DNA of 64,000 nucleotides from Chloroflexia bacterium (GTDB taxonomy: Bacteria; Chloroflexota; Chloroflexia; QHBQ01; JADMIH01): NCBI GenBank assembly GCA_036386675.1, contig DASVVE010000016.1:122561-186560 (forward strand), read 5' to 3'. Position 1 is the first letter of the stretch, and each line of letters starts with the position of its first letter. The notes under the pieces are model-generated. The model was not told the DNA's origin and ran no database searches. It saw only the letters and a list, made by a program, of their open reading frames with translations. The position numbers were made by a program, and so were the translations under genes. Of the stretch, positions 18,181 through 28,380 are shown piece after piece.

Positions 18181-18600
18181 GCGAGTGCCGAGTGCGAACG
18201 ACCGGCTAATGGTACTTATCCTACCATCCTGGTACCCTACTGGGAGGTACCCGATGGGTGGGGTCCTCATGGAGGAGCAGGCGCGGCCTCTATACTGAAG
18301 AAGCGTGGGGTTGAAGTGATGTTGGACCTTATGGGAGATGGCCGCAACGGACGCGAATACGCGGCGACCGGCGTGGCCGACCTATGCCGTTTCCATGATA
18401 CGCTGCGACATGAGGAAGTAGTCAAAATGATACGTGGTTATGATGTGCTGGTGGTGTGCTCCCTTGCCGAGACCTTTGGGGTGGTGGCGGTGGCGGCGAT
18501 TGCCCCGGAGTGCCGGTGGTGGCGACACGCTCTGGCGGGCCGGAGGGGATAGTGACGGCCACCAGGGCGGCACTTTACAGGGAAGTCCTAGGGGGTTGCG
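18181..18600 (+). pseudogene. Remnant of a GT4 glycosyltransferase (C-terminal domain only, frameshifted)
   Basis: Frame 1 encodes ...ILKKRGVEVMLDLMGDGRNGREY...EEVVKMIRGYDVLVVCSLAETFGVVAVAAIA, then the +1 frame encodes PVVATRSGGPEGIV. No N-terminal GT domain is present because the fragment directly abuts the flippase stop. Confidence 0.6.
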
Positions 18601-18606
18601 GTTAAT

Positions 18607-19809
18607 ATGAAAGTGCTGATGATCGTGCAGGAGCCGGTAATCACCCGGCGCATCCTCCAGGAAGCCCGCAGCCTCATAGAAGCAGGGCACAGCGTCAGCA
18701 TCCTTTCGCGCGCCGGGGGCACGGAAGATACGGTTGAGGAAGTGGACGGCATAACTGTGGAATGGGTGGCCGTGAGGGGCCGCGATCCTCGCTTTGGTTG
18801 GCTTTACCGCCTGGTGGGCGACAACCTCGGCAGCAACGTGGCCGCCCTGTGGAGCGTGCTGACGATGCGTCACACCTTTACCTTGAGGGCCTTCGCCAGG
18901 GCTGTAGCGGCTAAAGCGGACGTGTATCACGCGCACGACCTGAACAACCTTGAGCTTGCCTGCCGCGCCGCTCGGTCGAACGAGGCTCGCGTAGTATTCG
19001 ATTCCCACGAGCTATTCACCGAGCTAGGCAACCGCTGGATACAGTTGAGGCGCAGGGCCTGGACGAGGCTGGAGAGCAAGCTCATCAAGCGGGCGGAATT
19101 CGTGGTGACGGTCAACGAGTTCATCGGTGAAGAACTAGCCACGCGGTATGGCGTGCCTGCCCCGCTCGTAGTGATGAACTGCCCCGATCCACCATCTGAC
19201 TTCGACCCCTCCAAGGGCTACAACATCCTCCGCGAGCGCCTCGGAATGTCTTCCGATCGCAAGATTGTGCTTTACCAGGGCTGGATGTCGGAGGGGCGGG
19301 GCCTCGAAAGCCTGGTGAGGTGCGCGCCCCTGCTGGCGGATGACGCGGCGGTGGTCTTCATAGGCTACGGCGACTACCAGGAGGTGCTGGCGCGTATCGC
19401 GCTGGAGGAAGCGCCGGGGCGGGTGTACTTTCTCCCGGCTGTGTCCCACCGTGAGCTGCTGCCATACTGCGCCTCGGCTGACGTGGGCCTCATCCCCTAC
19501 CAGGCCGTGGACCTGAACAACTACTATTCCTCGCCCAACAAGCTCTTCGACTACATCCAGGCTGGTCTGCCGATAGTCGCCAGCGACTTCCCGTTCCTGC
19601 GCAAGGTAATAGCCACCGACAACCTGGGCGTGGTGGCCGAGTTGAGCACGCCGGAGAGCTACGCCAGGGCCATCAACCAGGTGCTGACCCTGCCCGATGG
19701 CGGTGAGCAAATACGGTCCAACATGCGCCGCGTCGCCCCAGGTTACACGTGGCAGAGCCAGGCACGCGGGCTGGTCTCGGCATATGAAAAGCTGTCAGCG
19801 GGCGGCTGA
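18607..19809 (+). CDS. Glycosyltransferase family 4
   Basis: 400 aa; YHAHDLNNL...FIGYGDYQEV...SPNKLFDYIQAGLPIVASD. Confidence 0.85.
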   Translation: MKVLMIVQEPVITRRILQEARSLIEAGHSVSILSRAGGTEDTVEEVDGITVEWVAVRGRDPRFGWLYRLVGDNLGSNVAALWSVLTMRHTFTLRAFARAVAAKADVYHAHDLNNLELACRAARSNEARVVFDSHELFTELGNRWIQLRRRAWTRLESKLIKRAEFVVTVNEFIGEELATRYGVPAPLVVMNCPDPPSDFDPSKGYNILRERLGMSSDRKIVLYQGWMSEGRGLESLVRCAPLLADDAAVVFIGYGDYQEVLARIALEEAPGRVYFLPAVSHRELLPYCASADVGLIPYQAVDLNNYYSSPNKLFDYIQAGLPIVASDFPFLRKVIATDNLGVVAELSTPESYARAINQVLTLPDGGEQIRSNMRRVAPGYTWQSQARGLVSAYEKLSAGG

Positions 19810-19891
19810 GAAATTGGTGCCGCTCGCGTGCTCCCCGGTGGTCTGTGGGCGTGCCGGCGCGTTTGGAGCCTTGAGGGTTGCGTCCAACGCG

Positions 19892-19924
19892 AACGGGCGG
19901 CAGAATAAGGCTCTGCCGCCCGTT
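19892..19924. terminator. 13-bp perfect stem-loop between the convergent GT4 and oppF genes (no U-tract)
   Basis: aacgggcggcaga-ataaggc-tctgccgcccgtt. Confidence 0.45.
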
Positions 19925-19946
19925 GCGAATGGAGATATGCCGTGTT

Positions 19947-21164
19947 CTAGTGGTGCACTACCGTCGTCTCGTCCTTGCCGAGGAGCGAGCTTGTTTCGCC
20001 CGGCAGAGGCATCTTGGTGAAGGGTGCGAAGTGGCAGGCGACGAAGTGCTCCAACTGGCCGGGAGGGGCCACGTTGCGCCATTCGGGTACCTGCTGCTTG
20101 CATATGTCCTGCGCCAGCCAACAGCGGGTGTGGAAGCGGCAGCCGGTCGGCGGGTTGAGCGGCGAAGGCACGTCACCCTTGAGGATGATGCGTTCGCGCC
20201 TGATCCGGGGATCGGGCACCGGGATGGCTGACAGCAGCGCGTGAGTGTAGGGGTGCTGGGGGCTGGCGAAAAGCGCGGTGCGTTCCGCAAGCTCCGCCAT
20301 CTTGCCCAGGTACATCACGCCCACGCGGTCGGAGATATGCTCCACCACGCTCAGGTTGTGCGCGATGAAGAGATAGGTGAGGCCCATCTCCCCCTGCAAG
20401 TCCTTCAAGATGTTGAGCACCTGCGACTGAATGGACACGTCGAGGGCCGACACCGGCTCGTCGCACACGATGAACCTGGGCCGTAGCACCAGCGCACGAG
20501 CGATACCGATACGCTGCCTCTGGCCGCCGGAGAACTCGTGCGGGTAGCGCTTGGCGTGCTCCGGGAGCAGACCCACATGGGCCAGTGCGTCGTATACGCG
20601 GTCCTGGCGCTCCGTCTTGGGAACGCCGTGAATGATCAGGCCCTCACCGATGCTCTCACCTATAGGAACGCGTGGGTCGAGCGAGGAGAAGGGGTCCTGG
20701 AAGATGATCTGCATGTCCCTGCGGGCCTTCTTCAGTTCGTCGGCCTTTAGCTCGAACAGGTTCCTCCCCTGGAAGCGCACCTCGCCCCCGGTGGCCGGGG
20801 TGAGGCGGAGCAACGTGCGGCCAACCGTGGTCTTGCCACAGCCGGACTCTCCCACCAGGCCGAGCGTTTCGCCCTCCCGGATGAAGAAGCTTACGTCATC
20901 GACCGCTTTCGTCCAGGCCACCGTGCGCTGGAGGAGGCCGCCGCGTACCGGGAAATACTTCACCAGCCGGTCCACTTCGAGCAGCACGTCCGACTTCTTG
21001 CCGTTGGTCGATTTGACCCTTTCAGTCGAGGCCGTAGCGACGGACACTCTGCCACTACTCGACCCGTTGCTGCCCTCTAACGAACCATCAGCCCCCGGCT
21101 CCGTGGGAGTGGGTGAGCCGAGGTCTTCCGGCGAGTGCAGTGATGTGCTTTGCTGGTCGCTCAT
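19947..21164 (-). CDS. ABC transporter ATP-binding protein, OppF/DppF type
   Basis: Walker [10 protein letters not shown], signature FSGGQRQR, and a C-terminal oligopeptide/nickel TOBE extension. N-terminal S/T/G-rich low-complexity region. Confidence 0.85.
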   Translation of the reverse strand: MSDQQSTSLHSPEDLGSPTPTEPGADGSLEGSNGSSSGRVSVATASTERVKSTNGKKSDVLLEVDRLVKYFPVRGGLLQRTVAWTKAVDDVSFFIREGETLGLVGESGCGKTTVGRTLLRLTPATGGEVRFQGRNLFELKADELKKARRDMQIIFQDPFSSLDPRVPIGESIGEGLIIHGVPKTERQDRVYDALAHVGLLPEHAKRYPHEFSGGQRQRIGIARALVLRPRFIVCDEPVSALDVSIQSQVLNILKDLQGEMGLTYLFIAHNLSVVEHISDRVGVMYLGKMAELAERTALFASPQHPYTHALLSAIPVPDPRIRRERIILKGDVPSPLNPPTGCRFHTRCWLAQDICKQQVPEWRNVAPPGQLEHFVACHFAPFTKMPLPGETSSLLGKDETTVVHH

Positions 21165-21178
21165 AAGCAGTTGCTCCT

Positions 21179-21250
21179 TGGACGGACGATAGACGATAGA
21201 CGATAGACGATGGCTTGTTTCCTATCGTCCGCCGTCCATCGTCTATCGTC
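21179..21250. repeat. Minimal GACGATAGAC/GTCTATCGTC hairpin element inside the oppD-oppF intergenic gap
   Basis: ggacggacgatagacgatagacgatagacgatgg-cttgttt-cctatcgtccgccgtccatcgtctatcgtcc. Confidence 0.75.
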
Positions 21251-21251
21251 C

Positions 21252-22439
21252 TCATACTACTGGTTCCGCTCCTTCTGGTTGGCCCACACCGTCAGTCACC
21301 CGTGTGGGGGGCTTGTCTTTCTGACCCTGTTCGGCAATCTCGTCCGCGTAGAGCCAGCATCGCGCGCTGCGGAACTCGCTCAACCGGATGAGGCCGGGTT
21401 CTTCTGTCCGGCAAATATCCATCACGTAGGGACAGCGGTTGGCGAAGCGGCAGCCCGGCGGCAGGTTACGCAACGAAGGCACCGAGCCAGGTATGACCGC
21501 CAGCTTGTCTTTGATCTCGCCAAGCACCGGGATAGAAGCCAGCAGGCCCTGTGTGTAAGGGTGCTTAGGCTCGTCAAATAGCTCCTGTACCGGCGATTCC
21601 TCCACCACCTTGCCCGCGTACATCACCACCACGTTGTCGGCCATCTCGGCTATAACGCCCAGGTCGTGCGTGATCAGCATGATACCCGTGTTGTAGCGGG
21701 ACTTGAGGTCGCGCATCAACTCCAAGATCTGCGCCTGGATCGTCACGTCGAGCGCGGTGGTCGGCTCGTCGGCGATCAATAGTTCCGGCTCGCAGGCGAG
21801 GGCCATAGCGATCATCACGCGCTGGCACATACCACCCGACATTTCGTGCGGGTAGGAGTCGACGCGGGTCTTGGCGGAAGGAATACCGACCATCGTCAAC
21901 AGTTCAATTGCGCGCTGGCGGGCCTGCTGCTTGGTGAAGCTGCGGTGGATCATCAGCGATTCCGAGATCTGGTCGCCCACGCGGAACACGGGGTTGAGGC
22001 AGGAGGTCGGCTGCTGGAAAATCATCGAGATGCGGTTGCCCCGGATGTGGCGCATCTCTTCTTCGGAGAGGTGGGCGATTTCGAGACCTCGCAGCCTGAT
22101 TTCCCCCTCTATGATCTTGCCCGGAGAGGAGATGAGGCGCATGATCGACATGGATGTAACGCTCTTGCCGCACCCCGACTCGCCCACCACGCCGAGCGTC
22201 TCGCCCTGGCGCACCTTCAGGCTGACCCCATCTACTGCCCTGACGACGCCGTCTTCGGTGAAGAAGTGGGTCTTGAGGCCCTCCACACGCAGAAGCTCCG
22301 TAGGCTCATTCATGTTCTCGGGGTAGTCCTTCATCAGGGCATCGTGTTCCGTCCCCGTGTTTGCCCCGGTCCTACGCGCCGAGCCCTGGGTCCTCTCCCT
22401 ATTTTTCGTCTGAGTGTCCAGAGTGCTACCTCCTTTCAA
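21252..22439 (-). CDS. ABC transporter ATP-binding protein, OppD/DppD type
   Basis: Walker [11 protein letters not shown], signature MSGGMCQRV, and a C-terminal oligopeptide ABC extension. Confidence 0.85.
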   Translation of the reverse strand: MKGGSTLDTQTKNRERTQGSARRTGANTGTEHDALMKDYPENMNEPTELLRVEGLKTHFFTEDGVVRAVDGVSLKVRQGETLGVVGESGCGKSVTSMSIMRLISSPGKIIEGEIRLRGLEIAHLSEEEMRHIRGNRISMIFQQPTSCLNPVFRVGDQISESLMIHRSFTKQQARQRAIELLTMVGIPSAKTRVDSYPHEMSGGMCQRVMIAMALACEPELLIADEPTTALDVTIQAQILELMRDLKSRYNTGIMLITHDLGVIAEMADNVVVMYAGKVVEESPVQELFDEPKHPYTQGLLASIPVLGEIKDKLAVIPGSVPSLRNLPPGCRFANRCPYVMDICRTEEPGLIRLSEFRSARCWLYADEIAEQGQKDKPPTRVTDGVGQPEGAEPVV

Positions 22440-22853
22440 AATCCGCCCGGTGCTGTGACGTGTCGCGCGCCTACTGTCGTGTTACGCGACCCATGCCCCG
22501 CGGTTCCAGTCCCTTACATGATATGTTGCTCAACTATTACTATGCTTGCGCTATGTTTCCGGCTCCAGCAGACTCACATGCGAAAATCTGAAGCCATGCC
22601 GAAGTAAAGGGGATTTACATGGCAGTAAAGTCAATCAACCGGACAGGGTATCGCTGCTCTCTAGTTCGCTTTCCTGGTTCCTTGGTTGGCTTGCTAAGGG
22701 GATCCGCTTCTCGTGTGTTGACCGCGCACACTACGGCAAAAAGCGTGCCCCCAGTGTAGCAAATGTGCGCACAGGTGTCAACTGCGACATCAAATGTGAC
22801 AGTCACCTGCGTTCCTAATGCAATACACAACGGCGTGCCTGGAAAGGTTCAAA

Positions 22854-23018
22854 GGGACGAGGGACGATAGGAGACGGAAACGCCAAGACGCTAAGACGCC
22901 AAGTACCACGCCAAGGTTAAAGATTGTTTTTAGTTGGGTGCTGACCTGTACCCAGTCCTCAGTCCTCAGTCCTCAGTCCTCAGTCCTCAGTCCTCATCAC
23001 TCCTATCGTCCATCGTCC
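22854..23018. repeat. Modular palindromic tandem-repeat element (copy E4) with a conserved core
   Basis: gggacgagggacgatagg...(acgccaaga-like)x4...ttaaagattgtttttagttgggtgctgacctgtacccagtcctc(agtcctc)x5...atcgtccatcgtcc. Confidence 0.8.
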
Positions 23019-23020
23019 AC

Positions 23021-24277
23021 TCAAGCCAGTTCCAACAGTGACCCTGTGAAGAGACCCGCGCCTGCTTGTACGGGGGGTACGTGCATGACTTTGCCCCTGG
23101 CGAAATAGGGGAAATCAGGCCACTCGGCTGGCTCTCCGGCGTTCTTGCCGGGTACTGGGAAGAGGCGGGCGGTGAGGGGCTTGTCCAGCTTGACGGCCAG
23201 CGCGGCCATGTCGGTGATGATGCGTTCGAGTTGCGGCAGGGTCACGTCGCCGGGTAGGGGCACCGTGTCGAGGCCGAGGCCGCACACGGCGGACATGAGG
23301 AGCAGGGTGTCTATGGTCACCAGCCCTTCGGCGGCGCGGTCGGCCAGCGTCTGGTCTTCGAGGGCGGGCAGCATGAGGCCGGAGTAGCCGACGGTGGGTA
23401 GCTGCTCGCGGGCCTGCTTGAGGACGCTTGTGAAGAAGGCAGCGGCGGTCAGGGTGCCGGGGCTACCCAGCGGTGCGCCACTCAGCAGCTCCAGCGCGTA
23501 GCCTATGCTCCTACTCTGCTCCGGGAAGGGGGCCATCGAAATGTCGAGGCCGGTGAAAGTGTAGCCATGCTCGGCAGCCAGGCCCACGCACACGTCGGCG
23601 GCCTTCCCGGCTTCCTCTTCCAGCAGGCCGAGCAGCCTTAGTCTCGCCTCTTCCAGCGAGCCTGCTCCCTCGAATGCCCGCACGGCCAGGTCCGCCGCTT
23701 CAAGGGCCAGGCCGAACTCGGGTCGCCCGCCGTTGCGGTCGTCCTCCTTGTAGTAGGCGGCGGGGAAGAAAGGGACGTGGGGAGGGCAGTTGCAGGCCGC
23801 CGCGAAGCGCAGGTTGCCGAAACCCTCAGGGGTGCGCTCGGCCAGCGCCTGTGTGATGTGGGCGGAGGCCCTCACGGCCTCAAGGTTGACTACGCCGCCG
23901 CTCCCGGTGCGCGTCCCCACCTGTATGCTGGCGAAGGCGTTACCCGCCGCGAGCAGTAGCTCCGGGACCAACTCGAAGAACGGCTCTGACCCATTCTGGG
24001 GCGTGGTCGCCTGGAGCGTACCCATCGAGAAGTAGTCTATACCGGCCTCAGCGCACGCACTCCCCAGGTCCGCGACTTTGTCCGGCGCTGCATCGTCAGG
24101 CAGGAGCCACTCTTCCAGGGGCTGCGCTGCCAGGCGGGTGGTCTGCACGGTGAAGCCCTGGGCCTCCAGCGCCTGCCTGCCCGCCGTAGCGAACGACCCC
24201 AACCTCGTGGCAAGCTCAAGCCGCTCTGCGTCCTCGGTGGAAAGCGCCGCCCCGGTCGTAAGCGAGCGGATGTTCAC
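23021..24277 (-). CDS. Conserved hypothetical protein (possibly DUF711/UPF0210-like)
   Basis: 418 aa, soluble, no confident motif. The family assignment is from memory only. Confidence 0.35.
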   Translation of the reverse strand: MNIRSLTTGAALSTEDAERLELATRLGSFATAGRQALEAQGFTVQTTRLAAQPLEEWLLPDDAAPDKVADLGSACAEAGIDYFSMGTLQATTPQNGSEPFFELVPELLLAAGNAFASIQVGTRTGSGGVVNLEAVRASAHITQALAERTPEGFGNLRFAAACNCPPHVPFFPAAYYKEDDRNGGRPEFGLALEAADLAVRAFEGAGSLEEARLRLLGLLEEEAGKAADVCVGLAAEHGYTFTGLDISMAPFPEQSRSIGYALELLSGAPLGSPGTLTAAAFFTSVLKQAREQLPTVGYSGLMLPALEDQTLADRAAEGLVTIDTLLLMSAVCGLGLDTVPLPGDVTLPQLERIITDMAALAVKLDKPLTARLFPVPGKNAGEPAEWPDFPYFARGKVMHVPPVQAGAGLFTGSLLELA

Positions 24278-24912
24278 TACGGAGCCGAGCCTTCGACCGG
24301 GTAGCCCGCCTGCTCCCAGAGGGTGCGCGCGTACGGCCCCTGCATTACTTTCAGGTTCGTGTACCCAAGGCTTCGCATCAGGCTCTTGGTCGAGCCTAGG
24401 CTCTCTTCATCGTTGGGGCACTCGCAGTAGATGGCTACATTCCCGGTCTTGGGTATCTCAGCCGCGCGCGTGATGATGTCGGCCTGGGGGATGTTTATTG
24501 CCCCGGCCACGTGGCTCTGCGCGTAAATCTCTGGCCGCATCACGTCTATGATCGTGACGTCGTTCGCCTCTTGCAAGGCCCGCACCTCCTGTATCGAGAG
24601 GCGCGGCACGTCAGCCACTAAGCCGAGGAAGGAGACTATGGTTGCCGTCGCCGCCGCGCTCGGATCGAGGTTCTGCGGGGCGGTGTTGCCTGATGGGTCC
24701 TGGCCGGTACTGGCGGTGTTGGTCGCTGTGCTGCCACTGTTCTGCAATACAACAAAGAGTATCACCAGCACCACAAAGGCGGCGCTGACCCCAAGTAGTA
24801 CCATGCCGAAGGTATCGGGGCCGGACTTCACGGGCTTGTAGCCGGGTGCGTTGCGGGGGTCTATCGGCCTGCTCGGCCCCCGTAGCTTGGTGGGTTTTCG
24901 CTTGGTGCTCAT
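24277..24912 (-). CDS. Membrane-anchored rhodanese-domain protein
   Basis: Internal start MSTKRKPTKL, one TM (MVLLGVSAAFVVLVILFVVL), and a C-terminal rhodanese fold with active-site CECPND. The stop overlaps the downstream start (ATGA). Confidence 0.7.
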   Translation of the reverse strand: MSTKRKPTKLRGPSRPIDPRNAPGYKPVKSGPDTFGMVLLGVSAAFVVLVILFVVLQNSGSTATNTASTGQDPSGNTAPQNLDPSAAATATIVSFLGLVADVPRLSIQEVRALQEANDVTIIDVMRPEIYAQSHVAGAINIPQADIITRAAEIPKTGNVAIYCECPNDEESLGSTKSLMRSLGYTNLKVMQGPYARTLWEQAGYPVEGSAP

Positions 24913-25036
24913 GTTGCCCTTTCTGAGGGAGAATTGCGAAACTATAACATAGCGAACGTGGGAGCAACAAGCCAGTTCCTGAGCCAGGGAAGGTAGGAGC
25001 CAATGCGGTGACACACCAATTGTGACGCTAATATCC

Positions 25037-27979
25037 CTAACTCGGACCCAGAGTGGGTATAGTTGCGGGAAGAGTCTTGATTAGCTCAACAATGGCTTCC
25101 TGGGCCTGCCCTGAAAGCAGTTGTTGACCTACGGTGATTAACACGATAGCCAGCGGAGACAGATAGCCTAAGATGAAGCGTGCATCTCGTAGCGGGTAGA
25201 AATCAAAAATGTGTCGCCAGTAGTAGCCCTTCTCCCGGACGGTTGTAACGTCCATGAGCACTCCCAGTGCTACCAAAAATACCACTAATTCTAAAGTGCG
25301 GAAGAACCAACTGGTGCTCAGTGCTTGCCCGGTCCATGCATGGATTAAGGCATCGAAGCCCAAGGATAACCCATAAACACCTGCCAGGGCCACACCCTTA
25401 AGTGCACCATTGTTCCACGGCAGGTAAGTCGGCAAGTACGCATACAGACACCCCATGATGAATGCGGCAACTAGCCAGAAAGCTATCTCGTCGAGCACCC
25501 CCCTGGCAATCTGGAACACTGCCATAGTGGATGATGAGAATGCTTCTACTCCGCCCTGAGTGAGAAGTACATAGATGTAAAAGACAATAGGGAACAGGGC
25601 AAGCTTCCAACCGATAGTTACTGCTAGTTGTCCATTCTCCCACCAAGTGTTCCTAGGCCCCAATGCTAAACCGAGCCTATGTGGTGACAAACGCGACGGT
25701 GCCATGTGCGGTAAACGCAGCCATCTCGTCCTTCTGGTCGTGCCCCGTCGCAATGCCTCAATTTCCTGTTCTATAGCTTGATACTCCCGGCTGCTCTCAC
25801 CTGCATCCTTCTTGCCTTCCGAGAATTCCTTGTATTGAGTCGCCTCCTTGTTTTCCAGCCCTCTAATTGCTTTTGCCCGTTCGAGAAATTCGCTAACGAG
25901 GGCGGCACGTCTCGCGAACAGGTCTTCCTGCGTCAAACCAGGATTATGCGCAAGAATGCTGGAAATAACCCTTTCGACAGCCCTGAAGCGCCTCGTAAAA
26001 AGCTTGTTCATCAAGAAGAGAGCTGCGATGAAAGCAAGTGGGACCCCAAAGCCAAATAGTTGGCCGTCGGTGCCCACCACGAACGTGGCAAATAGGAGTG
26101 CCATTGAAGCCAAAGCCCAGCGGTCAGCGCTAAAAAGTAGGACGTTTGGAGACTGCGAAGCCTGGATATACAGCACGCGTAACAAGCCGAACAATGCTAT
26201 GTATGGTAAGAAGGCTATTAATTGAGCAAAAAGACTGAAGGGGTAACTTCCAAGTGAGGCAATTACCGACTCGAACCACTCTGAAGATCCAAAAGTGGAG
26301 GTATTGAATACAGTTTCCGGTGCGCTCCAGATCTTACTTCTTCTATATTCAAGTCTCACCCACTGTGCGAACGTGAGGAGCGCAAGCAAGGCAGGAATGG
26401 CGTTGAGCCACCACTGGTACCTGGCTCCGCGCGCCGGGTCGATCTTGATTACCTTCGCTGCGACTGGGTGCGGAGCGAGTGCGATGGCAAAGCGCACCAG
26501 TCCAGCCAACACGAAATACACCAGGCACAAGAATACCAGGCCGACGAGTAGCAACCACCACGGCTGATCGAACCATTCCCACAACTTATTGTCATTCGGT
26601 GCAGAGCTTGACATAAAATAGGCTATGGAACTGAACGCCGAGGGTAGGTTCAGCACTGTTAAGCTCGCCAAAGTAGTAAGTCCAATCAACAAGCGGTAGA
26701 CAAGTGGTAGCTTTCGGTTAATTTTCCGCCAGAATAGGACAGAGGCTAATGAGAAGAAAAAAGCAGAGGTAAGCAACAAAATTGAGTTCTTGAAGCCGAG
26801 GAGGAGGACCGAATTTCTGACTGTCTCATCGTAAAACCCGGAACCAGGAGCGCTGCTAGAGATGATAAGCGGATAAGCGAATATCCATAATCCATAATAT
26901 AGGAGTCCTTCCGCCGGTAGCAGCATTAGGACCAAAAGCATCCAACGTAGTGATTTTCTTGCAGGTGTCACTACATCTCTTGTGTTCTTTTTCTTCTCGG
27001 CTCCCTTTGCCGCCAGGATTCTAAACGTAGAAAAGAGAATGACGGTAGGTATAGCATAGCTTACGAGTAGGTGCAGAAAGGACCACATCGATTGATCAAC
27101 AAGAGAGCGTAGCACTGTCAGGGACAAATCAGAGGTAAGATGGCCCCGCACAGTCACATCCTGGTCAATGGCATTTTCTGACAGGTTCCAACTCACACTA
27201 CCTTGTTCGTTCAATATTGATGGTGACGGGCTTGCAGAGATGACTCTCATCCCTATCAGTTGCATGTCAATGATCCAGGTTGTCGGCGTCAGCCACTCGG
27301 CGGTTGTGAGTGCATCCCTGCCGCTTATCTCGAAAAATACCTCTGATTCAGAGGAGCTAATGTACCATGGCATTATTGTGCGAGGGTAGGAATAGAGCGC
27401 ATTAGTATTGGTGATAGTCACAGTAGCGACGTTCTGGTCTACTGATATGACAGGCGGCGCAATGCGGCTGAAGCTCTCGTGCCAGGACCCAGGCAATATG
27501 TCTTTCAAAGCCGCAAGGTAGTTCTCATCGTTCCGAGTGTGCCGTAGTAAGGTAGCTACTTCGGGACGGCTCGCGGGGAGGCTGATTGAAAAAGTACTGG
27601 TGACGATAGGGTAGGTAGCGGTGGTTGCGTCAACATCGAGTCGTGTTGTCACAGTTATTGGAGCGGGTGGGGAAGGCGGCGTAGCTACCGTATCGCTCGC
27701 ACCCTCGGGAAGTATAGTGATAGTGAGGGGTGACTGTAGAGTAAGAGTTAATACGGCAGAGACGGCTTCCGCCGGCAGGAGAGATGTTCCTGGCATGCGT
27801 CCAACACCGGGCTCACTATGTAGAGCAGCATTACCAAGCTTTACGTAACTTGACTGCGAAGCCAAATAAGCTGTTGCTCTGGCGGATGTGGTAGTTACAG
27901 TTGAGGCAGCCAAACCAAGGAGTAACAACAATCCGCCGAGTAGCCATATGCTGCGTGGTTGAATTGAGAAGTGTGACAT
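25037..27979 (-). CDS. Large polytopic membrane protein (~980 aa) with a ~330-aa N-terminal extracytoplasmic domain, unknown function
   Basis: Start MSHFSIQPRSIWLLGG... at 27979, preceded by GGAGG. Signal/anchor, then ~18 hydrophobic segments. Visibly lower GC than the flanks. Confidence 0.6.
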   Translation of the reverse strand: MSHFSIQPRSIWLLGGLLLLLGLAASTVTTTSARATAYLASQSSYVKLGNAALHSEPGVGRMPGTSLLPAEAVSAVLTLTLQSPLTITILPEGASDTVATPPSPPAPITVTTRLDVDATTATYPIVTSTFSISLPASRPEVATLLRHTRNDENYLAALKDILPGSWHESFSRIAPPVISVDQNVATVTITNTNALYSYPRTIMPWYISSSESEVFFEISGRDALTTAEWLTPTTWIIDMQLIGMRVISASPSPSILNEQGSVSWNLSENAIDQDVTVRGHLTSDLSLTVLRSLVDQSMWSFLHLLVSYAIPTVILFSTFRILAAKGAEKKKNTRDVVTPARKSLRWMLLVLMLLPAEGLLYYGLWIFAYPLIISSSAPGSGFYDETVRNSVLLLGFKNSILLLTSAFFFSLASVLFWRKINRKLPLVYRLLIGLTTLASLTVLNLPSAFSSIAYFMSSSAPNDNKLWEWFDQPWWLLLVGLVFLCLVYFVLAGLVRFAIALAPHPVAAKVIKIDPARGARYQWWLNAIPALLALLTFAQWVRLEYRRSKIWSAPETVFNTSTFGSSEWFESVIASLGSYPFSLFAQLIAFLPYIALFGLLRVLYIQASQSPNVLLFSADRWALASMALLFATFVVGTDGQLFGFGVPLAFIAALFLMNKLFTRRFRAVERVISSILAHNPGLTQEDLFARRAALVSEFLERAKAIRGLENKEATQYKEFSEGKKDAGESSREYQAIEQEIEALRRGTTRRTRWLRLPHMAPSRLSPHRLGLALGPRNTWWENGQLAVTIGWKLALFPIVFYIYVLLTQGGVEAFSSSTMAVFQIARGVLDEIAFWLVAAFIMGCLYAYLPTYLPWNNGALKGVALAGVYGLSLGFDALIHAWTGQALSTSWFFRTLELVVFLVALGVLMDVTTVREKGYYWRHIFDFYPLRDARFILGYLSPLAIVLITVGQQLLSGQAQEAIVELIKTLPATIPTLGPS

Positions 27980-28180
27980 AACTCGACTACCTCCACTATG
28001 GGAAAGTTCGCTACCATCAGGTGCCCGACATCCCTGCATGTGTCTCACAACGTCCTATATTGTACACAGAACTCATCAAATTTCCATGCAGGGTGAGAGG
28101 TATCCGTAGATGCTGCTAAGGACACGTATCGTGGCGGCATGTGTCCTTAGCAGCATCGCACATGTCGGATGTAATTAAGG

Positions 28181-28343
28181 ATGCAACTACAGGTCAAAAC
28201 TTGCCCATGTTTGCAGTGAAACTTTGCAACTGCCTGTGGAGAAAGTCTGCAACTACCCTCAATTTAGCAAACAAAGTATGCAACTGGCCTCGTACTCCTG
28301 TGCTGCGACGTCGGCCACAGAGTCGCAAATCTCTGCAACTAGC
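28181..28343. promoter_or_regulatory. Array of five direct repeats TGCAACT(A/G)(C/G)C in the upstream region of the large membrane-protein gene
   Basis: Copies at 28181, 28224, 28247, 28278 and 28333. A further copy plus its inverted partner at 28381/28431 form a hairpin. Confidence 0.35.
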
Positions 28344-28380
28344 CTAACCCTCTCTCCTCACAAACTGGTGTAGCTAAACA

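Noticed and set aside
17752-18552. 266-aa ORF reported by the track
   Set aside because: It is a composite: its 5' part is an alternative frame inside the flippase gene, and its 3' part is the frameshifted GT4 remnant. It is not an intact gene.
22440-22853. Possible small gene or structured RNA in the 415-bp region upstream of oppD (weak inverted repeats around gcgcacac/gtgcgcac)
   Set aside because: There are only short imperfect repeats, no ORF with an RBS, and no recognisable RNA family. It is more likely an ordinary promoter region.
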